Under the pieces are notes generated by a model. That model was not told where the DNA came from. It ran no database searches and saw only the letters and a program-made list of their open reading frames with translations. Shown here in pieces: positions 7,777 through 14,574 of a stretch of 46,250 bases of DNA. Every line of letters starts with the position of its first letter. The first letter of the stretch is position 1. The position numbers and the translations under genes were made by a program. Origin of the DNA: Deltaproteobacteria bacterium (GTDB taxonomy: Bacteria; Myxococcota_A; UBA9042; DTJE01); contig JBBIPO010000007.1 of the NCBI GenBank assembly GCA_037442805.1, positions 1 to 46,250 on the forward strand, written 5' to 3'.

Positions 7777-9936
7777 CTAGTCCATCGGCCGATGCGTCCC
7801 GCGGGCCACGAAGGCGCGCAGCCTCGCGAGGAGCGCGGTGCGGATGCCCTCGTCGTCGAGGGGGCGGGTCTCGGTCGGGTCCCGGCGGACGTCGTAGAGC
7901 AAGGTCGTGTCGTCGCTCATGTCCCACAGCAGTTTGTAGTCCCCAGAATAGATCGCCTTGCGGAACCGGGGGGAACCCTGATCGATGACCATCAGTTCTG
8001 AAACAATGTCTCTCCCTTTCGGGGCGCCCGCACCGGGCTGAACGTGATGCAGAAGACTGAACCCCTGGAAGGTCATGCCCTCGGGTCGCAGCCCGAGCAC
8101 GTCGAGGACGGTGGGGACCACGTCCACGTGCGACACCCGCTCGCGGAGGCGGGCGGCGCGGGACCCGGGGACGCGCACCAGAAGCGGGACGTGGACGCTC
8201 TCGGCGTGGAGCGCGTGCGAGTGCTGGCGCGCCCCGTGCTCCCCGAACTCCTCGCCGTGGTCCGCGAAGACCACGACCACGGTCCGGTCCAGGCGCTTCG
8301 TATGCTCCAGGTAGTCGAGCAGGATGCCCACATAGTGGTCCACGTACGCGATCTCGCCGTCGTACCGGTCCATCTCGCGGTTGCCGAACTGGGGGAAGCC
8401 CTCGTGCAGGACGTACGGGTGGTGCGCGGCCTCGAACTGGGCATACAGGAAGAACGGCTGCGACGGCGGGATCTTCTCGACCTCCCGGATGGCCGCGTAC
8501 GTGATGTAGGGGGCCGCGACCTGGCCAAACTTCATCCACTGCCCGCTGCCGTACGGGACCTCGAAGTGGTCAAAGCCCCGCTTGAAGGAGGTCAGAAAGC
8601 GGTCCAGCCACTCATCCACGATGGCGATGGTGCGATACCCGGCCGCCTTCAGGACCTCCGTGAGGAGGCGCTGCTCCGGGCCGACCTGCCAGATCATCCC
8701 GGATCGGTCCCACGGGATGCCGGAGGGGTAGCGGCCCGTGAAGAGGGCCGGGATCGTCTCGCGCGTGGTGGCCGAGGGCGCAATCGCGTCCTCGAAGTAC
8801 CACGAACGGGCCGCGAATCGGTCGAGATTGGGCGTGGTCTTGCGCGAGTAACCCGCGAACGACACGTGGTCCGCTCGAACCGCATCCATGCAGATCATCA
8901 CAAGATTGAATCGTTGGCCCGATTGCGGTGCGAGCGCGAACGGAGACGGGACCTCGAACGCCCCCTCCGCGGACTCGGTGGCGTCCTCGCCGTCGCAGTC
9001 CTCGTCCAGGCCGTTGCCCGGTACGTCGAGGGCCTGGGGGTGGACGGACGGGTCCGAGTCCTCGCAGTCCCCGCCGCCGAACCAGCCCGAGAACCCGTCT
9101 CCGTCCGTGTCGGTCCATCGCTGAAGGTGCCACAGGACCCTCGACGACAACCCCCGCCCGCCCCGGACCTCCCGCGCGGCCTCGGGGAACAGGGAGGCCC
9201 CCGCGTGGATCGCCGCCAGACACACGAGCGGCAGCACGGTCCAGGCCGCGACCGAAGCACGGGCGTGCCGCGGGGCGCGCAAACGTCGTCCGACGGCCCC
9301 GGCCAGGGCGATGAGCAGGGCCTCGGCGACCGCGAAGGCCGCGGCGGTCACGAGCCACATCGCGGACGGCAGGGACTCGCGAAAAGCGGCCCCGAGCGCC
9401 ACGACAAAGACAAGGACCGCGGCGTCCAGTGCGGCCACGAGCCCCCATGCCCGCCCGCGTGTCCACGTCGGCTCGGGCCACAGGCGCTGGACGACCGCCC
9501 GCGCGCCCCACGCGACCTTGGTCGCGACCCCGGCCACGAGGACCAGCCCCGCGGCCAGGAGCCACGACCGCACGGACGGCACCGTGACGCGGCCCAGGGC
9601 GTTGGCCCAGGCTGTGCCGATGAGCGCGACGACCGGGACGGCCACCCCGAGCGTCACGGCGAGGCCCGCGAGGCCGGCGGGAGGGACGGCCCGGGCCGCC
9701 CGCGCCGCGCCCGCGAGGAGGGGCGCCTGGACCAGCCCGGCCAGCGTGGCTGCCGCCCCCAGGATCGCGAGCGCCAGGAACCCGCCGGGGACGCTCACCT
9801 CCCCGCCGGACCACAGGGCCAGTTCCACGCCCGCGGCCGGGACCAGGGCCGCCACCGCCAGGACCCCGGACCGCGCGAGCCACCCCGCGACCCCCCGTTC
9901 CGCCTGCTCGCTCACCCCCGTTTCCTTTCGTCCCAC
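7777..9936 (-). CDS. Sulfatase / alkaline-phosphatase-superfamily protein with a polytopic N-terminal membrane domain
   Basis: The sulfatase domain shows 'NLVMICMDAVRADHVSFAGYSRKTTPNLDRF' and 'VVFADHGEEFGEHG'. About 8 N-terminal hydrophobic helices are present. The linker carries 'DTDGDGFSGWFGGGDCEDSDPSVHPQALDVPGNGLDEDCDGED'. Confidence 0.85.
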   Translation of the reverse strand: MGRKETGVSEQAERGVAGWLARSGVLAVAALVPAAGVELALWSGGEVSVPGGFLALAILGAAATLAGLVQAPLLAGAARAARAVPPAGLAGLAVTLGVAVPVVALIGTAWANALGRVTVPSVRSWLLAAGLVLVAGVATKVAWGARAVVQRLWPEPTWTRGRAWGLVAALDAAVLVFVVALGAAFRESLPSAMWLVTAAAFAVAEALLIALAGAVGRRLRAPRHARASVAAWTVLPLVCLAAIHAGASLFPEAAREVRGGRGLSSRVLWHLQRWTDTDGDGFSGWFGGGDCEDSDPSVHPQALDVPGNGLDEDCDGEDATESAEGAFEVPSPFALAPQSGQRFNLVMICMDAVRADHVSFAGYSRKTTPNLDRFAARSWYFEDAIAPSATTRETIPALFTGRYPSGIPWDRSGMIWQVGPEQRLLTEVLKAAGYRTIAIVDEWLDRFLTSFKRGFDHFEVPYGSGQWMKFGQVAAPYITYAAIREVEKIPPSQPFFLYAQFEAAHHPYVLHEGFPQFGNREMDRYDGEIAYVDHYVGILLDYLEHTKRLDRTVVVVFADHGEEFGEHGARQHSHALHAESVHVPLLVRVPGSRAARLRERVSHVDVVPTVLDVLGLRPEGMTFQGFSLLHHVQPGAGAPKGRDIVSELMVIDQGSPRFRKAIYSGDYKLLWDMSDDTTLLYDVRRDPTETRPLDDEGIRTALLARLRAFVARGTHRPMD

Positions 9937-10060
9937 GCCCGCTCCCAGTGCGGACCCGCGGTCCCGTGGCGGCGCGAACGTTACAATGTCTGGCTCCGGG
10001 GGACAAGGCCGGCGGCGGGACGCGCGGGTGGGCGAAGTGGCCCGAGCTCGGGGGCCCGGC

Positions 10061-10365
10061 TCACTTCCCGCCGTCCCGGATCTTGTCCTGCCGGGTGAGG
10101 TTCATGACGCGGGAGGCGTCGTTTCGGCTGTCGCGCTCCTTCCAGGCGAGGCGCACCACGTCGCCCTCGGACGGGTCGGCCCCGACCTCGGCCCCGGCGA
10201 ACGAGAAGGCGACCTCGTCGTGGGGGGGGGCCGTTCGTCGCGGACCACCAGGACCCGCGCGGCCATGTCCACCTGGACCACCGTGCCCTGCGTGACGCGC
10301 GGCTCCTCGAAGCAGGCGACCGTCGTCGCGACGAACAGCGAAGCGATGAGGTTCCGCGTGGTCAT
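10061..10365 (-). pseudogene. Small lipoprotein gene interrupted by a frameshift in a G9/C9 homopolymer
   Basis: GGGAGA is followed 6 nt later by ATG. The product starts 'MTTRNLIASLFVATTVAC...VLVVRDERPPP'. After the C9 run (10222-10230) the coding signal continues in another frame as 'HDEVAFSFAGAEVGADPSEGDVVRLAWKERDSRNDASRVMNLTRQDKIRDGGK*', with nearly all third positions G/C. A run of 10 or 7 would restore the frame. Confidence 0.6.
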
Positions 10366-10420
10366 CGCCGGTCTCCCGGGCCGAAGCCCCTCGTGCTTCG
10401 GGCCCTCTCCATGCGCTCCC

Positions 10421-10546
10421 TCACGATCCACGCCCCCCCCGATCCCGAAGAAGCCCCCGCACACCGACGGTGAAGCCGATCAGGAGGAGGAGCAGGACGT
10501 TGAACTCCATGCCCGCGATGGGTAGGTAGATGTTGAACGCGTCCAT
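10421..10546 (-). pseudogene. Remnant of a TauE/SafE-family (DUF81) permease gene: N-terminal ~40 codons only, frameshifted
   Basis: 'MDAFNIYLPIAGMEFNVLLLLLIGFTVG' continues in a second frame as 'CGGFFGIGGG'. This is the typical TauE N-terminus and first glycine motif. No further membrane domain follows. Confidence 0.55.
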
Positions 10547-10699
10547 CGAATCACCCTCTTGCGTCGCTTCCCGCGTCTACTCGCGGTGGTCCAGCTTGCC
10601 GAGGTGGATGCCCGGGAGCCCGAACACCCGGTCCGCGAGGAGCCCGAGCACGAGCCCCATCCCGACCATGACCACGACCACCAGGAGCCCACACAAGAG

Positions 10700-10977
10700 G
10701 ACACGGTGCCATACCCGGTCAGGACCACGACGTGCACGGCCTCGTCGCGGTGCCGGACCTCCCGCAGGACCGCGAGTCCGTCCATGCCGGGTATCTTGAG
10801 GTCCAGGATCACGACGTCGTGGGTCGAGCGGTCGAGCCTCGCCAGGGCGTCGTGACCCGAGAAGGCGGCGTCCGCGAGGAAGCCCCGGCGCCGAAGCCAA
10901 GCGGTCAGGACCGTCGCGAAGTCCGGCTCGTCGTCCACCACGAGGACCCGGCTCGGGCGAGGGGCCTTCGGGGACAT
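10700..10977 (-). pseudogene. Response-regulator receiver (REC) domain, truncated after beta-4
   Basis: 'RVLVVDDEPDF...DVVILDLKIPGMDGLAVLREVR...HVVVLTGYGT' is followed by S/W/R-rich out-of-frame sequence. No frame encodes the expected alpha4-beta5-alpha5 (KP motif). Confidence 0.6.
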
Positions 10978-11129
10978 CGCGGTCCTCCGGCGCCGGCCGA
11001 GATCCCTGCCGTCCGGAGAACACCGTACCGGGTTTTCGTCGCCCGCCCAGCGCGAGCGGTCGGGATGATGACAACCCTCATGTGGGGTTCCTCAAGGTCC
11101 TGACGAACGTTGACCGATCCGGATAATTC

Positions 11130-11312
11130 TTACCGGCTCCTGCGCCAGCGGATCTCGTCCGGACCGTCCCCAGGCCATACCTCGATCAGCCCCGCGCGGG
11201 GGAGTCGCGCCATCAGCAGCATCTGGACGCGCCTGCGCACCTCGTCCGGCGAGGGGTCGTCGCGGTGCAGGATCACGAGCTGGCCCAGGGTCGTCAAGGT
11301 GACATGGGTCAT
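11130..11312 (-). CDS. Hypothetical small protein (60 aa)
   Basis: GGAGG lies 7 nt upstream of the ATG. The product is 'MTHVTLTTLGQLVILHRDDPSPDEVRRRVQMLLMARLPRAGLIEVWPGDGPDEIRWRRSR'. I recognise no family. Confidence 0.5.
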   Translation of the reverse strand: MTHVTLTTLGQLVILHRDDPSPDEVRRRVQMLLMARLPRAGLIEVWPGDGPDEIRWRRSR

Positions 11313-11378
11313 GGGGTGACCTCCGGAAGCGCTCACCCCCTCTATCGAAAGAAACTCGGAAGCGTTCCACGACCGCTT

Positions 11379-12233
11379 CTATCCCGAACTTCCTGGCCCG
11401 CTGGTCCGCCGGACCGGCTCCCAGGACTCGAGGTACGACCGGACGAGCCACAGGCGCGAGAAGTTGCCGCGAGTCGCCCACTCCATGACGTTCGAAGGGC
11501 CGAGCAGGGCGCGGGCGATCTCGCGCACGGTGCGGCCCTGCCGGTGCAGGACGACCACGCGCTCGCCCAGGTCCTCGAGGTAGCCGACCTTGTCCGCGAG
11601 CGCGGCCCGAGGGTCGGCCGGGACCCGGGCGCTTCCCGGGAACAGGGCTCGCACCGGCAGCGAGGCCACGCGCCTCAAGGATTCGATGATCTCGCGGATC
11701 CGGTAGCCCTTGCGCAGGGCCCGGTCCCTTCCCCCGATGTAGAGGTCCCCGCTGAACAGCCACCCCCGCTCCGGCTCGAAGAAGCACAGGTGGTCCGGGG
11801 AGTGTCCGGGGGTCTCGAGGACCTCGAAGCGGCAGTCCCCGGCCTCGATGACGCTACCACCGGCCACCGGCCGGGCCATCACCGGGTCCGGCAGTCCCCA
11901 GAAGACCTTCCGGTAGAGGTGCAGTGGCTGCATCCCCGCCGGGTCGGCCAGGACCGGCAAGGCGCGCGGATGGGCCAGGACGGCGAGGTCGGGGTCCCGC
12001 CGGAGCAAGGCCCCCACGGCCCCGACGTGGTCCTCGTGCGAATGGGTCACCAGGACCCTGTGCACCGGGGTGTCCCGCACGGCCGCCACGACCTCGTCCC
12101 GCGCGTGCGCGCACCCCGCGTCAATGAGAGTGTCCCCGACAAGGTAGCAGGCGGTCCAGTACCATCCCCTCCCCGCGAACGTCCGCGCGACATCGAAACG
12201 AACGACCTCTCCGTACCGGGTGACGCACAGCAT
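11379..12233 (-). CDS. MBL-fold metallo-hydrolase with a C-terminal winged-helix-like tail
   Basis: The HxHxDH motif is 'THSHEDHVG'. 'ETPGHSPDH' and 'LFSGD' are also present. The start is set at 'MLCVTRYGEV'. Confidence 0.85.
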   Translation of the reverse strand: MLCVTRYGEVVRFDVARTFAGRGWYWTACYLVGDTLIDAGCAHARDEVVAAVRDTPVHRVLVTHSHEDHVGAVGALLRRDPDLAVLAHPRALPVLADPAGMQPLHLYRKVFWGLPDPVMARPVAGGSVIEAGDCRFEVLETPGHSPDHLCFFEPERGWLFSGDLYIGGRDRALRKGYRIREIIESLRRVASLPVRALFPGSARVPADPRAALADKVGYLEDLGERVVVLHRQGRTVREIARALLGPSNVMEWATRGNFSRLWLVRSYLESWEPVRRTSGPGSSG

Positions 12234-12274
12234 CCCGTGCCCCCGCTGCCCGGGCGATGATACATCCCCGTTCA

Positions 12275-12366
12275 GGGGTCGGGGGTCCGGGATCCGGGGT
12301 CCGACAGTGATTCCGTGGCGGTCACGGACCCGGTCCCGGTCACGGACACCGCCACGGTCCCGCACG
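12275..12366 (+). repeat. Composite GC-rich intergenic repeat, copy A
   Basis: 'GGGGTCGGGGGTCCGGGATCCGGGGTCCGACAGTGATTCCGTGGCGGTCACGGACCCGGTCCCGGTCACGGACACCGCCACGG' has the same architecture and core as the copies at 31305-31517 (+) and 18530-18635 (-). Confidence 0.7.
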
Positions 12367-12541
12367 AGCGGCGCGACTAGGACTGTGGCGTGCCAACGCC
12401 GCCTTGTCCTGCCTGGTTCTCCGTGCGGACGCGGGCGCCTGTTCGCGGCGAGCGGCTCGTGGCATGATCGCCATGTCGCGGTCCCGCGCGTCCTCGCTGG
12501 TGGAGCGACCAGCAACATCCGGGAATGCTTCATGTTATCGT

Positions 12542-12557
12542 TGGCTTGGTTCCTGCA
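12542..12557 (+). promoter_or_regulatory. Candidate sigma-54 (-24/-12) promoter
   Basis: 'TGGCTTGGTTCCTGCA' has GG and GC at the canonical spacing of TGGCAC-N5-TTGCA. It lies about 35 nt upstream of the ATG at 12592. Confidence 0.3.
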
Positions 12558-12591
12558 ACGCCCGAGTCTGACCCGTTGGAGGAGCGATGTC

Positions 12592-14211
12592 ATGAAAGCC
12601 CTGGAAGTCGGTTGCACGATCGGGATCTTCCTGTGGTGCGCGGGGTGCGGCGGCGGCGCGGGTGGCGTGGACCCCGAGGGCGTGGACGCGAGCGGGGAAG
12701 TGAGTCCCGATGCCGTCGCCCCGGATGCCGTGGACGCCGCGGAAACGCCCGGCGAGACCGTGACGGACCCCGGCGGGGATGCGGCCGGTGACCTTGCGTC
12801 GGATCCCACGGTGGATCCAGGGTCCGATTCCATCGTGGCGGATGAAGGGGTCCTGGATTCCCCCGTGGAGGCGATCGCCGACCCGGGACCGGACGGACAG
12901 CCGGACGTCCCCGCCCCGATCTGTTGCGTGGTGGATACGCAGTGTCCGCAGGGCTGGGAGTGCGTCCCGATCCCCGGCGAGATCGGCGTCTGCAAGCCGA
13001 CCCCGGAACCCGGGGCGTGCTGGTCCGGCGCGGACTGCGACCCGGACGAGGTCTGCATGGGGGCGGTCCCGTGCCGGTGCGGCCAGGACGACACGGCCGA
13101 TGGGTGCGACATCCCGGGCCAGTGCCAGCACAAGGACCCGGGGTGCTGCAACTCGAACTGGGATTGCCCGGCGCACCAGGTGTGCGTGCCCGGCAACACC
13201 TGCTGGCCCGAGCCCGCGCCCGGCGAGTGCTGGACGGACGCGGACTGCTACGAGACGCAGACCTGCGAGGGCGCCGCGGCGTGCCCCTGCGGCTGGGACT
13301 GCGACATGCCTTACGAGGGTCCGGGTCACTGCACGCCCCTCCCCGGGACGTGCTGCTACTCGGACGACGACTGCGGGGACGACGAGGTCTGCCGCTTCGT
13401 GGACGAGATCGGACACCTGCCGGGCCGCTGCGTCCCGTCCCACCTGGGCCCGCAATGTCTCGGGGACGCGGCATGCTGCTGGGAGGACGACGACTGCCCC
13501 GGTGGGTTCTGCCAGGGCGCGCAGGGGTGCGGCTGCGTTGCCCTGTGTCCGGTCTGCGGGGCGTGCGCCCCGGACCAGATGGGGTTCTGCGCGAACTGGG
13601 CTATCCAGGTGAACCTCGACCTTCTGTCGGCGGCGTGCGAGCCATCGGGGGTCCATCCCGCCTTCTCGTCGTACCGGGTGTCGCTCGCGTGGCACACGTC
13701 CGCGCCCGCGAAGAGCACCATCGAGGTGGCCCTCAACGCGTTCACTGGTCTGGAGGGCTCGATCCAGGTGGAGGAGGGGTTCGCGCAGGACCACGCCTAC
13801 GACCTTTCCCTGTCGCACTGGTTCTTCGGACAGGTCCCGAGGGTCGGGGACGTGATCCTGGTCCGGGTCCGGGTGACGGGGCAGGCCGGGGCCGCGGGCC
13901 TGTCGGCCCCGATCCAGATCGAGGTCACCCAGGCGGTCCGCGACTGTCTGTACCCCTTCGACCCCGCGTGCAGCGACGGCGGCCCGATCCTGTGCCGCGC
14001 GATCCCTCCCCCCTGCGACGACGACAAGGTCATGGCCGCGATCGGGGGGTGCGAGCGGTGCGTGTTCCCGGCCACCTGCACCTGCAACGATGGGTCGGCG
14101 GCCATCTGCGCGATGATCCCGCCCGTGTGCGAGGGCCAGACGATCCTCGCGGTCCAGAACGGCTGCTTCGAGTGCGTCTCCCCGTTCACCTGCAACACCC
14201 AGGGCTGGTGA
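12592..14211 (+). CDS. Cysteine-rich secreted lipoprotein (second type)
   Basis: GGAGGAG lies 7 nt upstream of the ATG. The lipobox is 'IFLWCAGCGG'. An acidic low-complexity linker is followed by modules such as 'CWTDADCYETQTCEG' and 'CCYSDDDCGDDEVCRF'. Two C-terminal modules read 'C-x-IPP-x-C...GC-x-x-CV-x-P-x-TC'. Confidence 0.8.
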   Translation: MKALEVGCTIGIFLWCAGCGGGAGGVDPEGVDASGEVSPDAVAPDAVDAAETPGETVTDPGGDAAGDLASDPTVDPGSDSIVADEGVLDSPVEAIADPGPDGQPDVPAPICCVVDTQCPQGWECVPIPGEIGVCKPTPEPGACWSGADCDPDEVCMGAVPCRCGQDDTADGCDIPGQCQHKDPGCCNSNWDCPAHQVCVPGNTCWPEPAPGECWTDADCYETQTCEGAAACPCGWDCDMPYEGPGHCTPLPGTCCYSDDDCGDDEVCRFVDEIGHLPGRCVPSHLGPQCLGDAACCWEDDDCPGGFCQGAQGCGCVALCPVCGACAPDQMGFCANWAIQVNLDLLSAACEPSGVHPAFSSYRVSLAWHTSAPAKSTIEVALNAFTGLEGSIQVEEGFAQDHAYDLSLSHWFFGQVPRVGDVILVRVRVTGQAGAAGLSAPIQIEVTQAVRDCLYPFDPACSDGGPILCRAIPPPCDDDKVMAAIGGCERCVFPATCTCNDGSAAICAMIPPVCEGQTILAVQNGCFECVSPFTCNTQGW

Positions 14212-14574
14212 CGCCCGCCATCAGGATCCCGGGACGCCTCGGGGAGATGCGAGAGTCCGCTCGCAAGAGACCCTTGGAGGCGGACCCGTTCCTCGGGTCG
14301 GCGAGGATCTCCCGCGCTTCTGACGATTGAACGCACCTCGCTAGATAATCCAAACCGGAGCCTACGACGTTGAGTGGGTGATGCACCGCAACCGATCCTG
14401 CCGGAAATGGGACCCGTGGGGACGCGAACGCCTGGCGCTTCACGCCTTGGGGCCACAGCTGAAGAGCGCGACGATGCAGCGCCTCCGGTTTCCATGGAGG
14501 CCCGGGTGCTGCCCTCGGCATGACAACGCTGCCTTTGTACGGAGCAGTCCGAAGGGCCGCTGCGCGGCCGATCC

